This document shows, piece after piece, positions 46,586 to 57,057 of a stretch of DNA of 64,000 nt (position 1 is its first letter; the number at the start of each line of letters is the position of its first letter). The notes below the pieces were generated by a model. The model saw only the letters and a list, made by a program, of their open reading frames with translations. It made no database searches and was not told the origin of the DNA. The DNA is taken from contig CBDFJQ010000002.1 of NCBI GenBank assembly GCA_965248575.1, positions 3,296,001 to 3,360,000 on the forward strand, written 5' to 3'. This stretch comes from Planctomycetota bacterium. GTDB lineage: Bacteria; Planctomycetota; B15-G4. Made by a program: the position numbers and the translations under genes.

Positions 46586-47242
46586 ATGCTGGACCGCAAC
46601 GGAATCATCGCCCGCGCCGCGCAGGAGCTGGAGGACGGGCAGTACGTCAATCTGGGTATCGGCATCCCGACGCTCATTGCCAACGTCATCCCGGAAGGCA
46701 TGACCATCACGCTTCAAAGCGAGAACGGCATGCTCGGCATCGGCCCCTTCCCAACGGAGGACGAGGTCGACCCTGACCTCATCAACGCGGGCAAGCAGAC
46801 CATCTCCGAGATCCCGGGCTGCAGCTACTTCAACAGCGCCGACTCCTTCGGAATGATCCGCGGCGGCCACATCGACCAGTGCTTCCTCGGTGCCATGCAG
46901 GTCAGCCAGGACGGCGACCTCGCCAACTGGATGATCCCCGGCAAGATGGTCAAGGGCATGGGCGGAGCCATGGACCTCGTCGCGGGCGCCAGGCACGTGG
47001 TGGTCACGATGGAGCACTGCAACCGAAAGGGGCAGCCCAAGATCCTTGAGGCCTGCTCACTCCCGTTGACCGGAGTCGGGGTGGTGAGCCGCATCATCAC
47101 GGACCTGTGCGTGCTGGACGTCAAACCCGAAGGGGGCCTGCGACTCGTAGAACTCGCCCCGGGCGAAACCGCCGAAAGCGTCCTCGAGAAGACAGCCTGC
47201 GCAGTCGAAGTACCCGCGGATGTGCGCGAGATGTCGCTCTAG
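46586..47242 (+). CDS. scoB: Succinyl-CoA:3-oxoacid CoA-transferase subunit B
   Basis: [14 protein letters not shown] (catalytic Glu), [39 protein letters not shown]. Confidence 0.9.
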   Translation: MLDRNGIIARAAQELEDGQYVNLGIGIPTLIANVIPEGMTITLQSENGMLGIGPFPTEDEVDPDLINAGKQTISEIPGCSYFNSADSFGMIRGGHIDQCFLGAMQVSQDGDLANWMIPGKMVKGMGGAMDLVAGARHVVVTMEHCNRKGQPKILEACSLPLTGVGVVSRIITDLCVLDVKPEGGLRLVELAPGETAESVLEKTACAVEVPADVREMSL

Positions 47243-47322
47243 GGCCAGGCGCCAGACGCCGGTGACCGGCGCCAGCACCTCTCTTGTCGCGCGGAGCGTC
47301 TCAGCTCCCGCTCAGCACCCGC

Positions 47323-47586
47323 TCAGCTCTTGGGCGCTGCAGCAGCTGCTGGCCGCTTGAGACCCTTGCTGACCTTCCCCGACTTGATGCAACGCGTGCA
47401 GACCCGCACCCGCTGCATACGACCGTCCAGGAAAGACCGGACGTTCTGGATGTTCGGCTTGAAGCGACGGCGGGTCACGCCAGTCGTCTTGAGTCCGATA
47501 CCACCCTTGGGCTTGGCCAAACCACGGCGGGCGATGCTGTTGCCGACCTGGACCCGCTTTCCACAGAACTGGCAAACGCGGCTCAT
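47323..47586 (-). CDS. rpmB: 50S ribosomal protein L28 (Zn-ribbon form)
   Basis: MSRVCQFCGK...GN..ARRG..K.KGGIG.KTTG.TRRRFKPNIQ...CTRCIKSG. Confidence 0.95.
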   Translation of the reverse strand: MSRVCQFCGKRVQVGNSIARRGLAKPKGGIGLKTTGVTRRRFKPNIQNVRSFLDGRMQRVRVCTRCIKSGKVSKGLKRPAAAAAPKS

Positions 47587-47670
47587 ATCCGTCGACTCGC
47601 TACTGGGGGACTTCGATCAAAAACGCCCCGGAACCCAGCGTCGGATTCCCTGAAGGGCGAAAGGCTCCTG

Positions 47671-47698
47671 ACTATACGGGTGAGCCCTTCTGCCGCAA
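47671..47698 (-). promoter_or_regulatory. Putative sigma-70 promoter of rpmB
   Basis: TTGCGG-N16-TATAGT on the minus strand, 85 nt upstream of the ATG. Confidence 0.5.
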
Positions 47699-47740
47699 GC
47701 CCCTCCGAGCCCTCAGGTCCGGGGGCTTGCAGGGCCCCGG

Positions 47741-48814
47741 TCAGGACTCGAGGGAGTCGAAGAGAACCGTGGCCAGACTCCCGGCCACGATCACCGGCAG
47801 CCAGGCCGCCAGGACCGGTTGGATGAAGCCCCGATTGCCGAAATCGCGCAGGGAAGCATCCAGGATCAGGAACGCCAGGCAGATCAGGATCGAGAACCCG
47901 AGCCCGCGCACGCGCTTGCTGGCCTCCAGCTTCACCACGAAGGGCATGGCCAGCAGCACCAGCAGCAGGATCGAGAGCGGGAAGGTCACGTGATAGTGCC
48001 GCAGCAGGCGGTATCGACGGGACAGGGGGTAGCGCTCGGCGAGACCCAGGACGTCGGAATAGGCCAGATCGAAGGGCATCCGCGACTCGGCCAGAAGCTC
48101 CTCGGGCCGGATGTCCGTCTTCACGAAGAAGACCTCCTGTTCCTGCGCCTCCTCACGCGTGTCTTGGCGCACCTGGGAGCGGCCGTTGCTCAGGCGCCAG
48201 CCACCGCTCTCTCCGTCCCACTGGGCTTGCTCGCCGGTGATGTGGACGTTTCGACCTTCAGCATCCTGGAAGCTCACGTTCAGCCGGCCGATCACCTGGC
48301 TGCTCACGTTGTAGTCGAAGGCCGAGAAGAGGCGCCCGTCGGCGTCCCGCATCTTCATCTTCTCGACCAGCCGGTCCTTGCCCTTCTCCAGCAGGCTCCA
48401 GCGCAGATCATCCCGTTGCAGGGCCACCGACGGAGCCCAAGACTCCTGCACAAAGACGAGCCCCGCAAGAAACACCAGGGTGAGCGTCAGGATGGGGAGG
48501 ATCACGCGCCGGGCCGAGCGACCCGTCAGGATCATCGCCATGAACTCGTTGTGGCGCTGAAGCCTGAGCAAGGTGATCAGCGCCGCCATGACCATGATGA
48601 AGGGTGCCACCTGCACGAAGATGGCAGGCAGCTGCAGCAGGTACATCCGGGCCACGTCGGAGGAGCTGAGCTCTGCCGCCTCAAGCCCTTCCAGGAAGTC
48701 GTCGAAGTGCGCGAAGACGTCGTAGACCCCGTAGAGTCCCACGAAAAACACGGCGCTCACCACCCAGGACGAGAGGAAGTACCGGGCGACGTATCGGTCG
48801 AGCCTCGAGATCAT
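47741..48814 (-). CDS. lptG: LptF/LptG-family LPS export permease (LptG-like)
   Basis: LDRYV, 3 TM, RHNEFMAM..TG.S..R, periplasmic W....W.L.NG, 3 C-terminal TM, P.LAAWLP. Confidence 0.82.
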   Translation of the reverse strand: MISRLDRYVARYFLSSWVVSAVFFVGLYGVYDVFAHFDDFLEGLEAAELSSSDVARMYLLQLPAIFVQVAPFIMVMAALITLLRLQRHNEFMAMILTGRSARRVILPILTLTLVFLAGLVFVQESWAPSVALQRDDLRWSLLEKGKDRLVEKMKMRDADGRLFSAFDYNVSSQVIGRLNVSFQDAEGRNVHITGEQAQWDGESGGWRLSNGRSQVRQDTREEAQEQEVFFVKTDIRPEELLAESRMPFDLAYSDVLGLAERYPLSRRYRLLRHYHVTFPLSILLLVLLAMPFVVKLEASKRVRGLGFSILICLAFLILDASLRDFGNRGFIQPVLAAWLPVIVAGSLATVLFDSLES

Positions 48815-49887
48815 GACGCCTCTAGCCGCCTCCAGATGAGGCCACTGGCCGCCAACAGGAGCACATGCCCGAGCCAGGCCGAGATCTCCGGAGCAACGGC
48901 GCCGCTCGCCGCCAAGGCGCCACTCACCTTCACCGACGGGTAGTACAGGAAAAGCGCCAACAGGAAGGCCACCAGGAAAGCCCCAACCCGGTCTGAACGA
49001 CGGAATCTGAGCGCCACGGGATACCCCAGCAGCACAAACACGAAACAGGCCACCGACGCCGAGGTGCGCATGGCCACCTCCGTCTTCACGTCGAGGGTCT
49101 TGTACAGCCCGCGCTCCTCTGGAGGCCGCTGCAGCCAGGCATAGAGCTGCGCCGTGGTCATGGACTGCAGGTTCAGCTCACCGAATTTGATGTCGAGCGA
49201 TCGCGTGATGATCGTGCCCTCAGCCAAGCCGTCAGCCTGGTCCCCCACGACCGTCTCGAACTTGCCGAGCTTCAGCACGAGCAGTGCCCGTTCGCGGTCC
49301 ACGAACATCTCCGCCGTCTCTGCGAGGATCTCCTGGATCACATCACCGTCATCGGTGGTCCACTGGATCACCATGTCGTGCACCACGCCCTCAGCGTCGA
49401 TCCAAGCGGGCGCCACGGTGATCCCATCCGTCAACTCTTCCGGCTCTCCTGAAGCCAGCTTCTGGGCGATCACCACACCGGGGTCAACGCTCTTGGTGAT
49501 GCGCCGCTTGGAGCGCTCGGCGTAGGGCCGGCCCTCGTCCATGGCAAGCAACATCATCAAGGACATCACGGCCCCGAACACCAGCCCCGGTACTAGAAGG
49601 TGGAACGGGTGCACGCCACTGGCGCGCAAGGTATCGACCTCATTGTCCGAGGCCGCCCGGCCATAGGTCAGCACCACCGCCACCAGGACGGAGATGGGCA
49701 TGACGATGTTCACGGTCACGCCCATGAACATCGGGACCATCTTCAGGAACAGCCAGAGCGACAGGCCATCCACGCTGCTGGCCACCTGGACGCTCGTGAT
49801 CAACAAGAGGATCAACACCAGCAGCAGGAGCGTGGTCAGGGCATTGCCCATGAGCTCCAGGAACAACCTGCGCTGGAAGAGCATCAT
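48811..49887 (-). CDS. lptF: LptF/LptG-family LPS export permease (LptF-like)
   Basis: PISVLVAVVLTYGR.ASDNEV.TLRASG; 3+3 TM; ATGA-coupled to the next permease. Confidence 0.82.
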   Translation of the reverse strand: MMLFQRRLFLELMGNALTTLLLLVLILLLITSVQVASSVDGLSLWLFLKMVPMFMGVTVNIVMPISVLVAVVLTYGRAASDNEVDTLRASGVHPFHLLVPGLVFGAVMSLMMLLAMDEGRPYAERSKRRITKSVDPGVVIAQKLASGEPEELTDGITVAPAWIDAEGVVHDMVIQWTTDDGDVIQEILAETAEMFVDRERALLVLKLGKFETVVGDQADGLAEGTIITRSLDIKFGELNLQSMTTAQLYAWLQRPPEERGLYKTLDVKTEVAMRTSASVACFVFVLLGYPVALRFRRSDRVGAFLVAFLLALFLYYPSVKVSGALAASGAVAPEISAWLGHVLLLAASGLIWRRLEAS

Positions 49888-50321
49888 CCTTCGGCGCCCT
49901 GCACGCCGGCCAGGCCCAGGATCTCGGCGGCTCGGGCGTTCATGCGGTCCCGCTTGGTGGGCGTGTCGTCATCCCAGCCCAGAAGATGCAGCGTGCCGTG
50001 TGCCACATAGAGCAGGAGCTCGTGGCGCGGGTCCTTGCCCCGGGCCTGTGCCTCGCGCAAGGCGGTCTCAGCGGACACCACCACCTCGCCGGACACGGCA
50101 TCTGGAGAAGGGTCGTCGTCATAATCGAAGGCGATGGAGTCCGTCGCCCAATCGTGGTCGAGGTGCTCCCGATTGACCTCGCGGATCACGGCGTCATTCA
50201 CCAAGGCGACAGAGATGTCCGCCGAACCAGCGCCCTCCGCCGCAAAGACGGCCTCCACCACCAGGCGAACGTCCCGCGCGCTGACCTTCACACGCCGCTG
50301 ACGATTGGCCACGGGTATCAC
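49884..50321 (-). CDS. ybeY: rRNA maturation endoribonuclease YbeY
   Basis: NREHLDHDWATDSIAF, GEVVVS, HGTLHLLGWDD. Confidence 0.93.
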   Translation of the reverse strand: MIPVANRQRRVKVSARDVRLVVEAVFAAEGAGSADISVALVNDAVIREVNREHLDHDWATDSIAFDYDDDPSPDAVSGEVVVSAETALREAQARGKDPRHELLLYVAHGTLHLLGWDDDTPTKRDRMNARAAEILGLAGVQGAEG

Positions 50322-51340
50322 CGCGACCCTCGAGCCTCCTCGTCCCGCTGCCGGGCTTCCCGATCCCGCTCCCGTTCTCGTTCGATCTTCCGCTCTTCCT
50401 GGTCGTAGGCGTTGACGATCTTCTGGACTAGCGGATGGCGCACGATGTCCTTCTTGTCCAAGCGGATCACACCGATCCCCGACACATTGCGCAGCAGCTT
50501 CTCAGAGGCGATCAAACCGCTCTCCTGATGTGGCTCGAGATCGGTCTGCGTGGCGTCGCCGGTCACGACCACCTTGCTCTTCTGACCCATGCGCGTCAGG
50601 AACATCTTCATCTGGCCGGGGGTCGTGTTCTGCGCCTCATCCAGGATGATGAAGGCGTTGTCGAGAGTGCGACCACGCATGAAGGCCAAGGGAGCAATCT
50701 CGATCACATCCGTGTCGATGAAATGCTGCAGGCGGCCCGGCTCGAGATGCGCACTCAAGGCATCGTAGAGCGGGCGCAAATACGGGTTGACCTTGGCCAC
50801 GTAGTCGCCGGGCAGGAACCCCAGGCGCTCACCCGCCTCCACCGCAGGGCGCACCAGGACAAGCTTCCTGAAATACCCTCGACGGAGCGCCGTGAGCGCG
50901 ACAGCAGCCGCGAGAAACGTCTTGCCGGTCCCGGCAGGGCCCATGGCGAAGATCGCCGTCTCCCGCTGCATGCAGCGCACGTACTGCTCTTGGCCCTTGC
51001 TCCGGAGCCGCATTCCCTCCGGCAGCCAGAGCCCACCGTCGCTCTTCTCCGACTGCTTCTCGGCCAGGGACTCCGCAGCACCTGCACCACGCCCCGTCTG
51101 CAGCATGTCGCTCAGGAGATCGGGAGGCAGATCGCCCGCGGAACGGATGCGCTCCAGCAACTGCCGCACCACACGCACGGCGTCGGAGACATCCTCCTCC
51201 GCGCCGTCGATGATCACGCGCCCCTTGCGCACCATCAAGGTGACGTTGAAGGCGTTGCGGATGGCGCGCGCGTTGGCGTCGCGCAAACCGAGGAGCGTGT
51301 GTTCTTCGTCGATGGAATGAAGCGGAACCGTGACGCTCAT
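50318..51340 (-). CDS. phoH: PhoH-family ATPase (YbeZ)
   Basis: GPAGTGKT, RPAVEAGERLGFLPG, PYLRPLYDAL, APLAFMRGRT, DEAQN, DIVRHPLV. Confidence 0.94.
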   Translation of the reverse strand: MSVTVPLHSIDEEHTLLGLRDANARAIRNAFNVTLMVRKGRVIIDGAEEDVSDAVRVVRQLLERIRSAGDLPPDLLSDMLQTGRGAGAAESLAEKQSEKSDGGLWLPEGMRLRSKGQEQYVRCMQRETAIFAMGPAGTGKTFLAAAVALTALRRGYFRKLVLVRPAVEAGERLGFLPGDYVAKVNPYLRPLYDALSAHLEPGRLQHFIDTDVIEIAPLAFMRGRTLDNAFIILDEAQNTTPGQMKMFLTRMGQKSKVVVTGDATQTDLEPHQESGLIASEKLLRNVSGIGVIRLDKKDIVRHPLVQKIVNAYDQEERKIERERERDREARQRDEEARGSR

Positions 51341-51406
51341 GAAGCACTCGTGTGCGGGCTACCTGAACTGCGCCCGATGACATTCATCGCGGCCTGCAGG
51401 TGGGTC

Positions 51407-52309
51407 TCAACTCGCCACGGCAGTGTAGGCCAGTACCAACGGGGCAACCAACAGCAGCGAATCGGCGAGGTCCAGAAAGCCGCCGGATTCGCCGAACAAG
51501 GTTCCGGAGTCCTTCACGTCGCAGGCGCGTTTGAGCAGCGATTCGGACAGGTCGGACACAACGGTCAGGCCACCGATGGCCAGTCCATGGAGCGCGGCGC
51601 CCCACCATCCACCTGGCACCAGGGCAGGACTACCCGTGGTCCCAAGGTCCTCTCCCAAGACCACCCCGTTCAGCAGGAAGGACGCCACGACGGTGGGTAG
51701 CAGCAGCCCGCCCACGAGCCCCTCCACCGTCTTGCCAGGGCTGATGGCGGGAGCCAACTTGTGCTTTCCGAAGCTCTTGCCGGCGAAGTAAGCCCCGATG
51801 TCCGAAGACTTCGCCACGAGCACCACGCCGATCACGAGCTCGAGCCGTCCGCCTAGCAAGAGCGACAGCAAGCACGACAGGCCGGCGGCATAGGGCACGC
51901 AGAACCACAGGCTCTTGGCGAGCATCATCACCGAGCGACCAGGTCCCTGGGCAATCCGACTGGCGAGGTACAGCGCCGCCATGGCCGAGGCCGCCGTGAG
52001 CAGGTCGCCGAAGCCCTGCAAGCCCGTGTGCCAACTCTCCGAGGATCCAAACAAGCCTTGCAGGGTGTCCGGTTGCAGGCCGGCGAGGACCATGACGACC
52101 AGCCACAGCACTCCGCCAAACATGCCCACATTGCGTTGCGGTGAGCTCGCCCCGCCGATGTTCAACAGCTCGTAGAGCGCGCCAAGGGTGAGCACGACTC
52201 CCAGGCTCGCAAGGGCCCAGGCAGGCGATGAGGGCCGGGACGCATCCAGCCACCACGCACCCAGGGTGATGGCGAGCAAGCCGCCGCCCATGAAGACGCG
52301 CCTCAGCAA
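51407..52309 (-). CDS. cdsA: Phosphatidate cytidylyltransferase
   Basis: SDIGAYFAGKSFGKHKLAPAISPGKTVEG, DLSESLLKR..DVKDSG..F...GG.LD..DS. Start uncertain (TTG 52309; ORF open to 52360). Confidence 0.92.
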   Translation of the reverse strand: MLRRVFMGGGLLAITLGAWWLDASRPSSPAWALASLGVVLTLGALYELLNIGGASSPQRNVGMFGGVLWLVVMVLAGLQPDTLQGLFGSSESWHTGLQGFGDLLTAASAMAALYLASRIAQGPGRSVMMLAKSLWFCVPYAAGLSCLLSLLLGGRLELVIGVVLVAKSSDIGAYFAGKSFGKHKLAPAISPGKTVEGLVGGLLLPTVVASFLLNGVVLGEDLGTTGSPALVPGGWWGAALHGLAIGGLTVVSDLSESLLKRACDVKDSGTLFGESGGFLDLADSLLLVAPLVLAYTAVAS

Positions 52310-52316
52310 GGCACCA

Positions 52317-53060
52317 TCATCTCTGGATGGCCTCAGGGCTCGGATCGACCAGGCCGCCATACTTGCGCGTGCGCCCCCCGAAGTCGCTCAGGGCCGCGTG
52401 CAGCTCCTCGATCGTGAACTCCGGCCAACAGGCTTCCGTCACGAAGATCTCGGCATAGCTCACCTGCCAGAGCAGGAAGTTGCTGATGCGATGCTCGCCC
52501 GCCGTCCGCACCAGCAAGTCGGGATCGCGCCCCGGCTGATACAGCCGCGCGCTGATGGACTCTTCGTCGATGTCTTTCGCCGCCAGGGTGCCCGCCGCCA
52601 CCTCCCGGGCCATCCCGCGCACGGCGTCCACGATCTCTGCACGCCCGCCATAGGACAGCGCCAAGCAGAGGTTCAGTCCGTCGTTCCCCGCCGTCATCTC
52701 GATCGAACGGTTCAGTTCTTCCCGTGCCGCGCCCGGCAGGTCGTCCAAGCGACCGATGGCTGTAAGCCGCACGTTGTTGTCCATCATCGTGGGCCGCTCG
52801 CGCACCAGGAACTTGCGCAGCAGGCGCATCAGGAAGCTGATCTCGGTGCGCGGGCGCTTCCAGTTCTCGTGGCTGAAGGCGTAGAGCGTCAACTGCTCCA
52901 GATGCAGCTTCGCGCACTCGGTGGTGATGGTCCGGATCGTGTCCGCGCCGCGCTCATGCCCCCGGGTCCGTGCGAATCCCTGCTTCTCGGCCCAACGCCC
53001 GTTGCCATCCATGATGATGGCCAGGTGACGGGGCAGCTTGGCAGGGTCGAGACCCGTCAT
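52317..53060 (-). CDS. uppS: Undecaprenyl diphosphate synthase
   Basis: HLAIIMDGNGRWA, GH..G, YAFSHENWKRP, LSYGGR.EI, PDLLVRT.GE.RISNFLLWQ.SYAE. Confidence 0.96.
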   Translation of the reverse strand: MTGLDPAKLPRHLAIIMDGNGRWAEKQGFARTRGHERGADTIRTITTECAKLHLEQLTLYAFSHENWKRPRTEISFLMRLLRKFLVRERPTMMDNNVRLTAIGRLDDLPGAAREELNRSIEMTAGNDGLNLCLALSYGGRAEIVDAVRGMAREVAAGTLAAKDIDEESISARLYQPGRDPDLLVRTAGEHRISNFLLWQVSYAEIFVTEACWPEFTIEELHAALSDFGGRTRKYGGLVDPSPEAIQR

Positions 53061-54343
53061 CCCAGGCTCCGGATGATCGTCGACTCCCGGGCGGGGCCCA
53101 CCGACAGCAACTCCCAAGGCACACCCACCCGCTCGCAGATCTCGTCCACGAACCGGCGGCAGCTCTCCGGCAAACCGTCGTAGGTACGCACCTTGCGGAT
53201 GTCCTCGCTCCAGCCGGGACGCATTTCGATCACGGGCTTGGCTCGCTCGACCAAGGGCGTGTCCACCGGATACTCGTCCACGCGCCCGAGGCCCTCGATA
53301 TCGTAGCCCACCACCAGGCCGATCTCCTGCATGCCGGAGAGAACATCCAGCTTGGTGAGCGCCAGGCCGCCGAAGCCACAGAGTTGGGCCGCATAACGAG
53401 CTGCGGGCACATCGAACCAACCGCAGCGTCGAGGCCGACCCGTGGTGGCGCCGAACTCCCCGCCGTTCGTGCGGATCTGTTCGCCCACCTCGTCGTGCAA
53501 CTCGGACGGGAAGGGGCCGGAACCCACGCGCGTGCAGTAGGCCTTCGCGACCCCGATCTGGTGCCCCACAGCCGTCGGCGGCACACCGGTGCCAGCGGCA
53601 ATCCCCAGGCTGTCGGAGTTGCTGGACGTCACGAAGGGGTAGGTGCCGTGGTCCAGGTCGAGCAGCACACCCTGTGCGCCCTCGAAGAACACATGCTTGT
53701 CCTCGGCTATCAGCGCCCGCAGCCGGCGACCCGTGTCGGTCACCATGGGCGCGAGGCGCCTTCCCTGCTCGCGAGCCGTCTCGAACATCTCGTCCGAGGC
53801 CAGAGGCTCGGCGCCGTGGATGGCCGTAATGTAGCGGTTCACTTCGGCGACGTTGGCCTCGATGCGCACCCGCAGACGGTCCTCATCCACGAGGTCCCAG
53901 AGGCGGATGCCCCGGCGGTTGGCCTTGTCCGCGTAGGCAGGGCCGATGCCGCGGCCCGTGGTGCCGATCTTGACGCCGGCCTTCTCGCCCTCTTGCATGC
54001 CATCGATGACGCGGTGGTAGGGCATCACGCAATGCGCAGCGCCGGACAAGAGCAGGCGTTCACCCAGCTTGAGGCCGCGGCTCTCGAACTGGTCGATCTC
54101 GTCGAGCAGGACGACCGGATCGACCACGACACCGTTGCCGATGACATTGAGCTTCCCATCGTGCAGCACACCGGAGGGCAGCAGGTGGAAGACGAACTTC
54201 TCCTCACCCACGATGACCGTGTGCCCGGCATTGGCACCGCCTTGGAAGCGCACGACCACGTCCGCCTTGTCGGCGATCAGATCGATGATCTTGCCCTTCC
54301 CCTCGTCACCCCATTGGGCGCCGATCACGCTGGTTGCAGGCAT
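53057..54343 (-). CDS. purA: Adenylosuccinate synthetase
   Basis: GAQWGDEGKGK, GGANAGHT, GTTGRGIGPAY, EGAQG..LD.DHGTYPFVTSS, GATTGRPRRCGW, TKLDVL. Confidence 0.98.
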   Translation of the reverse strand: MPATSVIGAQWGDEGKGKIIDLIADKADVVVRFQGGANAGHTVIVGEEKFVFHLLPSGVLHDGKLNVIGNGVVVDPVVLLDEIDQFESRGLKLGERLLLSGAAHCVMPYHRVIDGMQEGEKAGVKIGTTGRGIGPAYADKANRRGIRLWDLVDEDRLRVRIEANVAEVNRYITAIHGAEPLASDEMFETAREQGRRLAPMVTDTGRRLRALIAEDKHVFFEGAQGVLLDLDHGTYPFVTSSNSDSLGIAAGTGVPPTAVGHQIGVAKAYCTRVGSGPFPSELHDEVGEQIRTNGGEFGATTGRPRRCGWFDVPAARYAAQLCGFGGLALTKLDVLSGMQEIGLVVGYDIEGLGRVDEYPVDTPLVERAKPVIEMRPGWSEDIRKVRTYDGLPESCRRFVDEICERVGVPWELLSVGPARESTIIRSLG

Positions 54344-54447
54344 GGTTGAGGGGGTTCCCGAGAGGCCGAACGGGGCACCTTAGACCGCCCGGGAGCCGGT
54401 CGCAAGCCACAGCGCCCCGCGGCCCCGGGCAGCGCGCCCGCCAGGCC

Positions 54448-57057
54448 TCAGCCGCCGCAGGAGTCCTCGCGGCTGCCGCCGGCGCCGATGTACCCGAGAG
54501 CTTTCAGCGTCTCGAAGGAGTCTCCATCGCTGCCCTGCCCCGGAGCCTGGACCCGGTGCTCCAGAATCCACTGGTTGGCGGCTTCCAGGAACGACCGGAG
54601 CAAGTCGGCCTCCTGGCCGGTAGGAGTCAGGGGGTCGAGCTCATGGGGGTCCCGCACCAAGTCGAAGAGGCACAGGGAGCCGGACCCCTCCTCGCCCTCC
54701 ACAGGCAGCCGTTGAAGCAGCATATGGGTGTCGCTGCGCACGGCTCGCAGGGGCCTGCGCATGGGGTCGCCCAGGCCATCGAGGGCGAGACCCTTGTTCG
54801 TCTCCGTGGGCGCGAAGCGTCGGGGCGTGAGGTCGTAGTACAGATCGTCCGCCTCGAAGGGGACCTGCAGCAACTTGAGCACCTCCGCGTGCACGCCCAC
54901 CGTGCTCACCACCTCCCGCACGCGCTCGGCCTCCACCCCCGACGGCTCAGCCGAGGCGAAGCCCTGCAGCGCCCCGGCCGTGGTCACCATCAGCGGCACA
55001 TGGATCGTCTCCTTGTGCAGGTTGCTGCCGTGGCCCCAGAGCCCGTGCTCCAGGAACTCCTCACCATGGTCCGCCGTGAGCACGATGGCCGTGCTCGGCG
55101 CGAGCCCCAGGCGGTCGATGGACGCGAGCAGCTGCCCCAACTGATCGTCGAAGTAAGCGATCTCACCCAGGTAGCGTTGACGCAAGAAGCGCACGTCAGG
55201 GTCCTGGGGCCCTAGCAGCTCGCCACTCGTGTAACGCTGCTTCAAGCGGAGTTCGGTCTCGAAGATGTCCCAGCCCAGATAGTCGGGCTGGACGAAGCGA
55301 TCCTGCCAGTCCCCCGGGGCATCCACGGGCATGTGCGGATCGAAGTAGTGCAGGAAGAGCAGGAACTGCTGGCCCACATGGTTCTTCAAGAAGGCCTCGG
55401 CCTGGGCATTCACCTGGCGAGCGTTCTTGAAGGGCATGAACCCGTAGGTCTCGAAGCCCCGCCCATAGCCGGCATCCTCTGCCAGCAGGGTGTTCGTGAC
55501 GAACGCTGCGGTCACCACGCCCTCGGCGCGCGCCCGCTCCGCGAGGGTGGGCAGGGCATAGGGAATCACCCGCTGGAGATTGGCCACGACCCCGTGCGCC
55601 GACGGCAGCACCCCCGTCAGCAGGGACGCGGTGGTCGGAGCTGTCCAAGAGCTGGGGACGATAGCGTGTTCGTAGACCACGGAACGCGACGCCAGGCGAT
55701 CCAGGTTGGGCGTCAGCCCCGGCTCCAGCCCGCCGAAGGGGTCGAGCACATCGGCGCGCAAGGTCTCCACCTGGATCAAGATGACGGACGGTTGGTCGGC
55801 GCTGGCTAGCCGACGCGGCACGGCGACCGGCGTCGTGAGCTGAGGCGCCGCGAAGCCCAGGCGGGTCGTGCGTGCCACGAACTCCACCGGCTCATAGACT
55901 CCCGTGACGTAGTTGGCCACCTGCTGCTGCACGGCCCCGGAGCCCACGTCCACGACCTCGGCGCGCAGGCTCAGCCGTCGCCCGCGCCCGGCGTAGGCTC
56001 CCAAGGGGACGGCGACGTCCACCCAGTCCACGCCTGAGACCTCCAGCCGCGCCACTTCGGTGTCGTCCACCACGACCAGCAGCCGGCCTCGGGCATCGCT
56101 CGGGAGTCGATCGTCCATGGCCAGCGCGCCGCGCAGCATGCTCTGCGCTGCGAGATCCACCTCGGTGTCGAACTGGGCTTCGCCTGTGAAGGCCATGGCG
56201 TGGCGACCGATCCGACCCGTGAAGCTGCCCACCACCTCGATGGCGGGATGCTCCACAGGCTGATCCTGGCCGGCCTGCTCACCACTCAACGGCCGGCGGC
56301 TGCCCAAGGTCACTTGAGTCTCCGGCTCGCCGCCAGCGGGCTCGCCTTGCTCTGCCTCCTGCGCGTCTCCGCTGGCCGGGACCGTCCAGGCGGCTGCCAG
56401 CCACTGCTCCTGTTCAAACTCCAGGGGATGGTCCACTGGATCCAGGAGCAAGGGCTCGTGCACGACCCGTGGCGAGAGCAGGGCGACAAAGCTTCCGGGT
56501 GGCACATCGCCCTCGGAGATGACCTCGAACTGGAGCGTCTCAGCCCCCTCGGGCAGCGCCAAGGACACCGACACGAAGGGCCCCTCTCTCAAGGGAGCAT
56601 CCGCTGCATGCATGTCCAGGGACACGCCCGGGACATCCACTTCCACCCGGCGCGGGACGCCACCGGAGGACCCAGCTCCCACCACGCTCACGACCAAGCG
56701 ACAGGCGCTCGCGTCCCCCCCCTTGCCTTGGACGAGCCGTGACACCCGCGTCGAGAACCGCCCCGGGCGAGCACCGACATGCCAGCGCAGCACGCAGTTG
56801 CGGGTGAAGGGCACGATCGCCACCTGCTCGCGATCGGGGTTCGGGTTGGGCAGGTCGGGCCAGACATACAGCTGCGGCGGCTGCAGGAAGCCCTGGACGA
56901 ATTCGAGCCGATCCCCATCCAGGAACATGTCCCGGCGGATGTCGACTTCGAGCAACGGCGTCGTACGCCACGGCCGCAGCACACCCAGGACGATCACCAT
57001 CCCGATGACCAGGGCCAGCAGGATCCGCGTGCCCGAAGCTCCGCCCGATCTGCTCAG
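54448..57057 (-). CDS. Membrane-anchored sulfatase-like protein with N-terminal beta-rich domains
   Basis: IQVETLRAD, TPNLDRLA, SSWTAPT, HYFDPH, YLGEI..FD, TADHGE, HVPL, LKALGYI. First ATG at 57000; a CTG start at 57057 is proposed. Confidence 0.87.
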   Translation of the reverse strand: MSRSGGASGTRILLALVIGMVIVLGVLRPWRTTPLLEVDIRRDMFLDGDRLEFVQGFLQPPQLYVWPDLPNPNPDREQVAIVPFTRNCVLRWHVGARPGRFSTRVSRLVQGKGGDASACRLVVSVVGAGSSGGVPRRVEVDVPGVSLDMHAADAPLREGPFVSVSLALPEGAETLQFEVISEGDVPPGSFVALLSPRVVHEPLLLDPVDHPLEFEQEQWLAAAWTVPASGDAQEAEQGEPAGGEPETQVTLGSRRPLSGEQAGQDQPVEHPAIEVVGSFTGRIGRHAMAFTGEAQFDTEVDLAAQSMLRGALAMDDRLPSDARGRLLVVVDDTEVARLEVSGVDWVDVAVPLGAYAGRGRRLSLRAEVVDVGSGAVQQQVANYVTGVYEPVEFVARTTRLGFAAPQLTTPVAVPRRLASADQPSVILIQVETLRADVLDPFGGLEPGLTPNLDRLASRSVVYEHAIVPSSWTAPTTASLLTGVLPSAHGVVANLQRVIPYALPTLAERARAEGVVTAAFVTNTLLAEDAGYGRGFETYGFMPFKNARQVNAQAEAFLKNHVGQQFLLFLHYFDPHMPVDAPGDWQDRFVQPDYLGWDIFETELRLKQRYTSGELLGPQDPDVRFLRQRYLGEIAYFDDQLGQLLASIDRLGLAPSTAIVLTADHGEEFLEHGLWGHGSNLHKETIHVPLMVTTAGALQGFASAEPSGVEAERVREVVSTVGVHAEVLKLLQVPFEADDLYYDLTPRRFAPTETNKGLALDGLGDPMRRPLRAVRSDTHMLLQRLPVEGEEGSGSLCLFDLVRDPHELDPLTPTGQEADLLRSFLEAANQWILEHRVQAPGQGSDGDSFETLKALGYIGAGGSREDSCGG

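Noticed and set aside
45814..47242. CoA-transferase as part of the Box benzoate pathway
   Set aside because: It is about 13 kb away, looks like ordinary ScoAB, and the Box route yields CoA-bound intermediates without needing it.
47695..47730. GCAAGCCCC...GGGGCTTGC inverted repeat as an intrinsic terminator after lptG
   Set aside because: The loop is 18 nt and there is no U-tract; too weak to call.
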